Positions 56,089 through 64,000 of a stretch of DNA of 64,000 bases are shown here, in pieces. The position numbers were made by a program, and so were the translations under genes. The DNA comes from an uncultured bacterium (lineage in GTDB: Bacteria > UBP6 > UBA1177): the NCBI GenBank assembly GCA_905233945.1, contig CAJOFY010000022.1:1490-65489 (forward strand). Direction: 5' to 3'. Each line of letters starts with the position of its first letter. Position 1 is the stretch's first letter. The notes below the pieces were generated by a model, which had not been told where the DNA came from, did not search any database, and saw only the letters and a program-made list of their open reading frames with translations.

Positions 56089-57363
56089 TTATTTTCCTTC
56101 ACGCATATCAAGCGTGCCAGACACCAAGTATGTGACGGTAAAAGTCAATGTGCAGCTCAGTATGACCAGCATGAAAAATCCGCCGTATCCGCATATTTCC
56201 TGAAGATAACCGGCGACTGATCCCGGCAGTATGGCCGAAAGCGCCATAAATCCGGTACATACGGCATAATGCGACGTTTTAAGCGGACCATCGGCAAATC
56301 TCATCATGTAGGCAATGTATGCAGTGAAACCGAAACCGTAGCCGAACTGATCCAATGCGATGCAGGAACCTACTATCCAGAGTGATTCAGGGTGAATAAA
56401 GGCCAGGAAAGGATATACTATGCACGGCAGTGTCAGACTCAAAGCCATCACAGGAAGGGAGCGCCTCAATCCATGCCTTGAAATGTAGATTCCGCCGAAA
56501 ATTCCGCCCGTAAGGAGTGCTGCAACTCCGGCTGAACCGCATATCAGACCGTAAGCCTCCTTGCCGAGCCCCAGTCCGCCGGAAGATGACGGATCGCTGA
56601 AAAAAGGATAGAGCATCTTCATCAGCAGCGCCTCGGGGAAACGGTAGAAAAGCATGAAAAGTACGGCGGCAAAGCATCCTTTCTTTGTGAAAAACGAGGC
56701 GAAAGCCTTTACAAAATTCTTTAACAATCCGCCGCTTCCGCCTGTTTCTGCATCCGGTTTTGACTCAGCCTGCGGCAGAACCGAAGAGTGATAGAAAGTG
56801 AGTGCAGCAAGCACAAATGCGGTAAAAATAAGAGTGATTCGCCATGCCGAAGCAGAGTTTTCAGTATATTTTTCAACCGCTCCGGCAAGAAACACAAGCA
56901 CACCCTGCCCGAAAATCATAGCGATGCGGTAAAACGTGTTTCTGATGCCGATAAAAGCCGACTGACGCCTTTCGTCAAGAGCTATCATGTAGAATCCGTC
57001 AGTCGAAATATCATGCGTGGCAGACGCGAACGCAGTAATAGCAAAGAGAAAAATGGTAACAAAAAGAGATAAACCTGAGAGCGTGAGCGCTATAAAAGCA
57101 ACTGACAAAGCGATTGTCAGCTGAGTCGCGATTATCCACCACCGCTTGCTTTTTATTGTATCCACGAACGGGCTCCACAGCGGCTTGAAAAGCCATGGCA
57201 GAGAAAGGAAACTTGTCAGTGCGGCCAGCCGCCCGTTGCTTGTTCCGAGATCTTTAAGCATCACCAGAGATACGGTGTTCACAATGAAATACGGCAGACC
57301 TTCTGTAAAATAGAGTGTCGGAACCCAGAACCAAGGTGATTTGCTCAATTTTTTCCGGAACAA
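56089..57363 (-). CDS. AmpG-like MFS transporter
   Basis: PWFWVPTLYFTEGLP, LPWLFKPLWSP, SATHDISTDGFY, QFGYGFGF; start uncertain. Confidence 0.88.
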   Translation of the reverse strand: MFRKKLSKSPWFWVPTLYFTEGLPYFIVNTVSLVMLKDLGTSNGRLAALTSFLSLPWLFKPLWSPFVDTIKSKRWWIIATQLTIALSVAFIALTLSGLSLFVTIFLFAITAFASATHDISTDGFYMIALDERRQSAFIGIRNTFYRIAMIFGQGVLVFLAGAVEKYTENSASAWRITLIFTAFVLAALTFYHSSVLPQAESKPDAETGGSGGLLKNFVKAFASFFTKKGCFAAVLFMLFYRFPEALLMKMLYPFFSDPSSSGGLGLGKEAYGLICGSAGVAALLTGGIFGGIYISRHGLRRSLPVMALSLTLPCIVYPFLAFIHPESLWIVGSCIALDQFGYGFGFTAYIAYMMRFADGPLKTSHYAVCTGFMALSAILPGSVAGYLQEICGYGGFFMLVILSCTLTFTVTYLVSGTLDMREGK

Positions 57364-57365
57364 TC

Positions 57366-59234
57366 TTAGAAAACCACTCCTAAATAAACATTCAGATAGT
57401 GGAAAAGTGATGTGTCGTGCTCGTCTGTGTCAAGCCCCGAGAACGGAACGCCGATCTGATACCTGAGTCCTGTGCGCATTCCGCTTTTGTTCGAGTAATC
57501 AATTCCGATGAAAGGTTCAATTGCATTCGGAAGCCCTTTGCCGCCGAGTGAATTGTTTTCTTTGAGAGCCATCGAATATGTTGTACCGACATAGCCTTTC
57601 AAATCATCAAGAAAGAAATATGTCAAGGTCAAACTTGCGTAGTAGCCGGCTGTAAAGCGGCCAAGGAACTGATTCCACAAAGCAGAGTTGAAGTTGTAAT
57701 CCTTGTTGAAACGGAAGTTCTCGACTGTGCGGTCACCCTTTGTCGAAGAGTTGTTGACCGAATTTCCCGGAGTGTTCCACGAATCACCCTGAACGTAGTC
57801 CGCGTCATCCGGCGAAGCGATACCGGTGAGAAGACCGATGTGGAATTTCTTAGGAATTACGCGGAATCCCAGATCTGCCGCCCATCCTACCATCTGCGTT
57901 TTGACCGATTTGTCCCTGCCGTCTTCGAGGCGGATCTTTCCGAGGCTTCCTGTAAGGAAAGCGAGTTCGGTTTTGAAAGCAAAGAACTTGTAGTAAAGAT
58001 TGAGCCATGCATCGAGTTTCCAGAGTTTTGCGCTCTGTCCGGTGTAGGCATAGACTTTGTCAGGATCAACAAAATGGTCTCCTGTCGGCTCGACTGTGCC
58101 GTCCTTTTCGTCCGATTTAACCCATTCGCCGGAGGTGTCGCCTTTCCACGAGAACATAACCATCGCACCTACTTCGACAACTGTCTTTTCATTCAGAATC
58201 TTGTTTTCAAGAACCGCCGGATCGTCCTCCTGCATCGTGAACATGAGGCTGACATTGAAGCCGTCGTCCTTCTGCGAAGCGTCAATAAAGTAGTCGTGGT
58301 ATTTGTCGAGAAGTCCCGTCGAAGCGAGATCGAAAGCGGGGATGATCTTGAATCCCATGATCGGAATCGTGAGCTGAAGCCTGTCAAGATAGTTGCCGCT
58401 CGAAAGAGTGTTGAACTTGTTTCCGTCGTTGTAAAGGATTCCAAGGCCCCAGTTGAACGGCATTCTTCCGACTTTGAGCTGACCGATAGGAGTATCGAAA
58501 ACGCCCCACAGACCTTCAAAAACTATGCTTGCCGAATTTGAAAGCTGAGCATCGCGCAAAAGTCCATTTTCCTTCTTGTCGAACTCGTAGTTGTCGGCCC
58601 CCATCGCGGTGTTGCCGAAAATCGAAAGTTTCGTGTGGATTTCCATGGTTTCGGCAATATTGATGACCGGTTCCAGATGAAGTTTCATCCACGCCCAGTT
58701 GAGAACGTGCTCGTTGGTCTTGCTCGTGACCCTTTCACCGGTCGTCGAGTCGTTGGAAACATTGTTTATGGTGTTTCTCGAAGCCATATACGGGTTGTTG
58801 CCGCTCAGTTTCATGTTGTAGGAAAAAGTGTTCGCAACATTGAAATATCCGTAAAGTTCGAAATATTTCACTGGTTTACCCTGCTGGATCTTGACAAGCG
58901 GAGCATCTGTAAGCGGTTCTTCGTCAGCAACAAACTCCTGCCCGTCCTGCAGTTCTTCATCTTTTTCAGTGGTTTCAGCGTTTTCAGCAGGTGTTTCCGG
59001 AGTCTCGTTCTGCTCAGGCTCAGGCTCCGGCTCAGCCGGTTCTTCCGCCTTTTCAGTTTCTGCCGGCACCTGTTCTTCCGCTGGAGCTTCCTCTACTTTT
59101 TTATCCTCTGCCGACGGTTCTGAAGCCGGTTCTTCCGACGCTTTGTTGGGTTCTGCACCTTCCGCCGGCGCTTCCTGCGGCAGAAGCGGGAAACTGAAAA
59201 CGAAAATCATTAGAAACAAAAATATTTTAGGCAT
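57366..59234 (-). CDS. TIGR04551-like outer-membrane beta-barrel protein
   Basis: Signal peptide, Glu/Pro/Ala linker, LHLEPVINIAE, TPIGQLKVGRMPFNWGLGILYNDG, NFRFNKDY, terminal Phe. Confidence 0.6.
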   Translation of the reverse strand: MPKIFLFLMIFVFSFPLLPQEAPAEGAEPNKASEEPASEPSAEDKKVEEAPAEEQVPAETEKAEEPAEPEPEPEQNETPETPAENAETTEKDEELQDGQEFVADEEPLTDAPLVKIQQGKPVKYFELYGYFNVANTFSYNMKLSGNNPYMASRNTINNVSNDSTTGERVTSKTNEHVLNWAWMKLHLEPVINIAETMEIHTKLSIFGNTAMGADNYEFDKKENGLLRDAQLSNSASIVFEGLWGVFDTPIGQLKVGRMPFNWGLGILYNDGNKFNTLSSGNYLDRLQLTIPIMGFKIIPAFDLASTGLLDKYHDYFIDASQKDDGFNVSLMFTMQEDDPAVLENKILNEKTVVEVGAMVMFSWKGDTSGEWVKSDEKDGTVEPTGDHFVDPDKVYAYTGQSAKLWKLDAWLNLYYKFFAFKTELAFLTGSLGKIRLEDGRDKSVKTQMVGWAADLGFRVIPKKFHIGLLTGIASPDDADYVQGDSWNTPGNSVNNSSTKGDRTVENFRFNKDYNFNSALWNQFLGRFTAGYYASLTLTYFFLDDLKGYVGTTYSMALKENNSLGGKGLPNAIEPFIGIDYSNKSGMRTGLRYQIGVPFSGLDTDEHDTSLFHYLNVYLGVVF

Positions 59235-59243
59235 AAAACCCTC

Positions 59244-59669
59244 CTATTTATCAAGATCCTCAAGGGTTACGATTTTTATTTTGTTCTTGAGAAGAATATC
59301 TTCCGTTGCAGTCATATCCCAGGTTTTTATCGCAATCAGAGCAGTCTTTTTTCCCGATGCCAGCGTGTAGATATAGTCAATATTTATGTTGTTTTCACTC
59401 AGCAGGCGCGCAATTTCCAGAAGTTTTCCGGGTTTATCCTCAATATCCACAACAATAATCTTCACGACATTGTGCGACAGATCCATTTTTTTAAGGATTT
59501 CGCGGGTTTTTTTCGTGTCGCTGACTACAAGTCTAAGCTCGCCCAAAGCCGCCGTTTCGTTGATGGTAAGCCCTATAATATTGATGTTGCCGTCACTTAT
59601 CGATTCAAGGATTTTCTTCAAGACACCGGGTTCGTTTCTTAAAAGCACCGAAATCTGCTCAACTCTCAT
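59244..59669 (-). CDS. ACT domain pair protein
   Basis: QISVLLRNEPGVL...NINI; EDKPGKL...NINIDYIY. Confidence 0.85.
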   Translation of the reverse strand: MRVEQISVLLRNEPGVLKKILESISDGNINIIGLTINETAALGELRLVVSDTKKTREILKKMDLSHNVVKIIVVDIEDKPGKLLEIARLLSENNINIDYIYTLASGKKTALIAIKTWDMTATEDILLKNKIKIVTLEDLDK

Positions 59670-59813
59670 TTTTACCTCCAAACATAAAAAAACCTGAAAA
59701 ACATATCATCTAAAAATCATCGATGTCAAAATATATTGCAGTAAGAGTAAGATTTTTTTGCCGAAAGCGCATTTTTTCCTAAAATACGGCGTTTTTTTGT
59801 TGGAGAAGTAGAA

Positions 59814-60209
59814 ATGGAAGTCAGTTTCAGTGAAAAATGTTTTGTCTGCGGAAAAAACAATCCCGACGGTCTTCATCTCGACATACACCGCGACAACGAA
59901 AAAAAAGCGGCGTGGGCTGAGATCTCGGTTCCCGATAAATTCTGCGGATGGGAAGGAATAATCCACGGCGGAATAATCTCGACTCTGCTTGATGAAATCA
60001 TGGCATATTCGGCTTTCACTCACGACGAGAAAGGTGTCACGGGCGAAATCAGCGTCCGCTTCAGAAAACCGATGCCGTCGAATAAAACGGTGAGAGTCGA
60101 AGGCTGCGTCGAATCCGAGAAAGGGCGAGTCCTCTGCACTACCGGAAAAATCACGCTCGGTGAAGTGCTGATTGCCGAAGCGACAGCAAAGATGGTCAGA
60201 CTGGATTAG
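59814..60209 (+). CDS. PaaI family thioesterase
   Basis: [26 protein letters not shown]. Confidence 0.88.
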   Translation: MEVSFSEKCFVCGKNNPDGLHLDIHRDNEKKAAWAEISVPDKFCGWEGIIHGGIISTLLDEIMAYSAFTHDEKGVTGEISVRFRKPMPSNKTVRVEGCVESEKGRVLCTTGKITLGEVLIAEATAKMVRLD

Positions 60210-60219
60210 AGAGAAAATC

Positions 60220-61158
60220 ATGGTAAAGAAAACTGTTTTAGTCACAGGCGGAGCCGGTTTCGTAGGTTCCCACCTCTGCAAAGCGCTGCTTGACCGGGGA
60301 AATCACGTTGTCTGCATCGACAACTTCATCAGCGGAAGACTTACAAACATCGAGCCGCTCAAAAAAAATCCCGAATTCGACCTTCTGATACACGATGTGA
60401 CCGAGCCTTACAATTTTTACGTTGACGAAATTTTCAACTTAGCCTGTCCGGCAAGTCCGATTTTCTATCAGCGCGATCCCATAGCGACTTATAAAACGAC
60501 GGTTCTCGGCGCGATAAACGCTCTCGATCTCGCTCTCAGATGGAACGCGAAGATTTTTCAGGCTTCCACGAGCGAAGTTTACGGCGACGCTCTGGTTCAT
60601 CCTCAGCCCGAAAGTTACTGGGGAAACGTCAATCCGCACGGCGTCAGAAGCTGCTACGACGAGGGAAAGCGCGGGGCGGAATCTCTCTTTTTCGATTACT
60701 TCCGCAAGCACCATATGCGCATTAAAGTCGCAAGAATATTCAACACTTACGGCCCAAACATGAATGTCGATGACGGCAGAGTCGTAAGCAATTTCATCAT
60801 CCAGGCTCTCCAGAACCGCGACATCACGGTTTACGGCGACGGAAAGCAGACCCGCAGTTTCTGCTACGTCGACGACCTTATCCGCGGAATGCTCGCGCTC
60901 ATGGATTCCGATGATTCGGTCACAGGACCTGTAAACCTCGGAAATCCCGGCGAATTTACGATGCTTGAACTTGCAGACAAAGTCCTTGCGCAGACAGGAA
61001 GCAAATCAAAACTTGTGTTCATGCCGCTTCCCGGCGACGATCCGCGTGTCCGCAGACCCGACATAACCCTTGCCGGAAAACTTCTCGGCTGGAAACCGGA
61101 AATACCTCTCGACGAAGGTCTGAGAAGAACTATCGAATATTTCAAGGGAATACTCTGA
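60220..61158 (+). CDS. UDP-glucuronic acid decarboxylase family SDR
   Basis: [61 protein letters not shown]. Confidence 0.95.
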   Translation: MVKKTVLVTGGAGFVGSHLCKALLDRGNHVVCIDNFISGRLTNIEPLKKNPEFDLLIHDVTEPYNFYVDEIFNLACPASPIFYQRDPIATYKTTVLGAINALDLALRWNAKIFQASTSEVYGDALVHPQPESYWGNVNPHGVRSCYDEGKRGAESLFFDYFRKHHMRIKVARIFNTYGPNMNVDDGRVVSNFIIQALQNRDITVYGDGKQTRSFCYVDDLIRGMLALMDSDDSVTGPVNLGNPGEFTMLELADKVLAQTGSKSKLVFMPLPGDDPRVRRPDITLAGKLLGWKPEIPLDEGLRRTIEYFKGIL

Positions 61159-61170
61159 TTAAACACAAAT

Positions 61171-61194
61171 AAAAAAGGCCGGACGAATCCGGCC
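61171..61194 (-). terminator. Terminator between convergent genes
   Basis: GGCCGGA-cgaa-TCCGGCC with adjacent A6 tract. Confidence 0.7.
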
Positions 61195-61221
61195 GAATTT
61201 TCTTGGCAAAGATGAAAAAGA

Positions 61222-61473
61222 TTACTTTTTGCTTTTTTTGCCGGTTTTTTCCTTCTTTTCCTGGGAGCATACTTTACAGAATTTGTAACCGTTTTCCAAC
61301 GCTTCCTCTTCCGAAGCGAAAACTTTCGTGCAGCCTTTGCAGTTGTAGTAGCGGCAGTCGGACTTGTGGCATGTTTTTGTGTCAGGATTACAATGAATTT
61401 CGCCTGCAAAAACAAAAGCGAAAGAAAACAATACTGCTGCAAAAACAAAAACCTTCAAAAAATTTCTTTTCAT
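61222..61473 (-). CDS. Small secreted protein with Ada metal-binding-like Cys motif
   Basis: Signal peptide; CHKSDC...F.SEEEALENGYKFCKVC. Confidence 0.7.
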   Translation of the reverse strand: MKRNFLKVFVFAAVLFSFAFVFAGEIHCNPDTKTCHKSDCRYYNCKGCTKVFASEEEALENGYKFCKVCSQEKKEKTGKKSKK

Positions 61474-61685
61474 AAAATCACCTCTCAAAACAAACAATAA
61501 AATAACACCTGTTTATTTAATTATAATTTCTATTTTGTCAATAAATTTTTAACAAAAATTAGAAAAATTTCTTTAAATATCAGAAAATATTAGAAATAAA
61601 AAGTTGAAAATTTGTTGAGGAAAGCGTTTTGGATTTAATTGAATATTTAGATTTTCTGCTAAAAAATTACGATTTTTGCAGCAAG

Positions 61686-63039
61686 TTATTTGTTAAATTC
61701 GTTAAGTTTGTCTTCTAGAAGTTTTTTGATCTCGGCCATTCTTTCAGGTGTTTCGGCTTCGACTCTCATGACGATGACATTCTGCGTGTTGCTCGGTCTC
61801 ATAAGTCCCCAGCCGTCTTTGAAAGTGACTCTGACACCATCGATGTCGTTGACTTCGTAACCACCGTTTTTGAAGAAATTGACAACGTTTTCAACTATCT
61901 GGAACTTTTTCGTCTCGTCGACTTCGATCCTGAGTTCGGGTGTCGAGAATGTTTCGGGGATCCCTTCAAGAAGTTTGTCGAAATCTGCTCCGTGTTTTCC
62001 GATTATCTCAAGCATTCTGAAAGCGGAATAGATCGCGCAGTCATATCCGAAGAAGCGCTGTTTGAAGAAAACGTGTCCGCTCATTTCGCCGCCGAAAGCA
62101 GCTCCTATCTCTTTCATTTTCGCTTTTATCAGCGAATGTCCCGCCTTCCACATTACAGGTTTGCCGCCGTGAGCCGCGATGTCGTCGTAAAGAGTCTTGC
62201 TGCACTTTACATCGCCGACGATCGCCGCGCCGGGAACTTCTTCGAGGACACTTCTTGCAAAAATATTGAGGATCTTGTCGCCCCAGATGATCTTTCCGTT
62301 TCTGTCAACGATTCCTATTCTGTCCGCGTCGCCGTCAAAACCGATGCCAAGATCGGCTTTGTTCTCTTTTACCGCCGCGATCATCTTCTGGATATAAGCC
62401 TCGACCGTCGGATCGGGGTGATGGTTCGGGAACCTGCCGTCCGGCTCTTCGAAAATGCTGATGACGTTGAGTCCCATTTTGCGCATGATCGGAACCGCAA
62501 CAAAGCCGCCGACGCCGTTTCCTGCATCGACAACGAGCTTGATTTTTTCTGGATGTTCGATGTGTATCGTCTTGAAAATGAACTTTTCGAAGTCAGGAAT
62601 TATGTTGTATGTGCTGTTTGTTCCCTTTTTCTCCGGGTTGAGGAAGTCATCAGCCTCCGATCCCGTCACCGTAAACCGGCAGATCGATGAGGTTGACCTT
62701 GAAGCCGTTGTATTCAGGCGGATTGTGGCTTCCGGTAATCATGACCGCGCCCTGAACATCGATGTTGAACATCGAAAAATAGCAGAGTCCCGTCGGGATC
62801 ATGCCGAGAAAAATCGTGTCGATTCCGCTGTCGTTGAAACCTTTTATCATAGCCTGTGCAAATGACGGCGAACTCAGTCTCGCGTCGTGACCGATCGAAA
62901 CTGTCTTGAAAGAAGGAAGTTTTTTCTTGTAGAAACTTGCGCACCCCCGTGCCAGATTGTAGGCGAAATCGTCAGTTAAATCGACATTTACATAGCCTCT
63001 GACATCGTACTGCCTGAAAATTGTTCTGTTGATTTTCAT
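61686..63039 (-). pseudogene. Phosphomannomutase/phosphoglucomutase split by a frameshift near 62655-62665
   Basis: N-part IFRQYDVRG, GHDAR, ITGSHNP; C-part DAGNG, FPNHHPDP, FDGDADR, GEMSGH, RPSNT in another frame. Confidence 0.8.
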
Positions 63040-63183
63040 CTTTTTCTCCGCAAAAAGTCTTTAAAAAAACCGCAGTATTTTAGCAGAAATTATTTTTTTG
63101 TAAAAAAGACATTACACAATTTTTCTTGATTTAACTCGCTCCGGCAGCATAATTAGATGTTTTTTGATGTTTAAAGGTGTGAT

Positions 63184-64000
63184 TTGGCTGAAAATTTCAA
63201 AAATATTCTTGTTTTCGACGCTTCTTCCTCAAACATTTTTTTCGGCGGCGGGTGCGGCGGCAAAACTGTTTTCATGGCGGAAAATTTCGAGAAATCGAAA
63301 CTCAGCCGCTACCTTCCGGAAAAATTTGAAAAAACTGCAGAAACACTTGATTTTACGGAACTTCCGCGCGTCATCATCGGCAACGGGCCCGGCGCTTTCA
63401 CGGGGATAAAAACGGGAACGGCGTTTTTTCTCGCATATATCTATTCAATCGGAATAAAAACTGTCGAAACAGTCAGTTCGTTCTCTTTCATTTCGGCTCT
63501 TTCCGGCGAGTGTGCCGCTGAAATCAGAATCGTTCTGATTCCTTTCAACAAAGGCGAATATTTTGCGGCGGTTCTCGACAAGAACAATAAAATTCTGCTC
63601 GGCGATATTTTCATAAAACCGCCTTACGACAATATTTCTTCTTTTTTCAGCGGTTTTGCCGGCAGAAAAGCGGAAATTGTCGCTCCTCTAGAGTGCGGAA
63701 ACGAAATTCTTCCCGAACTTGAGAAGATTTTTTCAGTCAGAAATGTCCGTTTTGACGGTTTTTCTTTTGACAGAGACATTTTCAATGCGATTCCGGATAC
63801 AAAAAAAATTGATGTAACGGCGGAACCTTACATAGTCAACCACGTGATAATGCCTGCAAATCTCAATAGCAACGGCAATTTCTATGTTGAAACCCCGCTT
63901 CAGGAGGCCAAAATGACTCAGGACAGTTTTTCGCGCGAGGAAATTCTCGAAAAGTTGAAACAACTCAAGGAAGAACATTCAAAACTGAACGAAAAAACAA
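63184..64000 (+). CDS. tsaB: TsaB-like protein (partial; frame stays open to the window end and continues into a probable second small coiled-coil gene starting at ATG 63913)
   Basis: Manual translation from TTG 63184: ILVFDAS...IIGNGPGAFTGIKTG...VSSF; absent from the ORF track because it has no stop in the window. Confidence 0.7.
   Translation, partial: MAENFKNILVFDASSSNIFFGGGCGGKTVFMAENFEKSKLSRYLPEKFEKTAETLDFTELPRVIIGNGPGAFTGIKTGTAFFLAYIYSIGIKTVETVSSFSFISALSGECAAEIRIVLIPFNKGEYFAAVLDKNNKILLGDIFIKPPYDNISSFFSGFAGRKAEIVAPLECGNEILPELEKIFSVRNVRFDGFSFDRDIFNAIPDTKKIDVTAEPYIVNHVIMPANLNSNGNFYVETPLQEAKMTQDSFSREEILEKLKQLKEEHSKLNEKT

Noticed and set aside
61480-61685. Very AT-rich gap as a replication origin
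   Set aside because: No DnaA boxes or iterons recognised; consistent with a promoter region.

Overview
A bacterial chromosomal segment from a probably anaerobic, diderm organism with Myxococcota/Bdellovibrionota-like marker families (this taxonomy is inference). The housekeeping backbone includes argS, glyQS, lysS, tig, nadB, nfo, hpt, trmB, glgC-GH57, trxA, rnfCDGEA, a UDP-glucuronate decarboxylase, a PMM/PGM and tsaB, plus 7 tRNAs. It is interrupted by arrays of paralogous lipoproteins (DUF1566, serine hydrolases, chlorophyllase-like hydrolases, FG-GAP) and by two accessory islands, at ~8.4-12.8 kb and ~41.8-46.5 kb. The second island is the most interesting. It has no integrase, sits at the 3' end of rnfA, and is punctuated by two diverged copies of the last 26 rnfA codons and by other repeats. 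It carries a PIN toxin-antitoxin pair, an XRE-regulated radical SAM/SPASM enzyme with a 10-Cys/12-Asp precursor peptide (candidate new ranthipeptide-type RiPP), and a type III ToxIN module whose three antitoxin repeats show compensatory pseudoknot covariation. Other highlights are two copies of an unexplained ~120-150 bp CG-periodic inverted-repeat element, a stand-alone Card1/DUF1887-like CARF nuclease behind nfo, and a phased 33-bp palindromic repeat upstream of an AAA_14 ATPase. Reading-frame anomalies in trmB, PMM/PGM and tsaB may be assembly errors. All family calls come from motif recognition by eye; no database searches were run.
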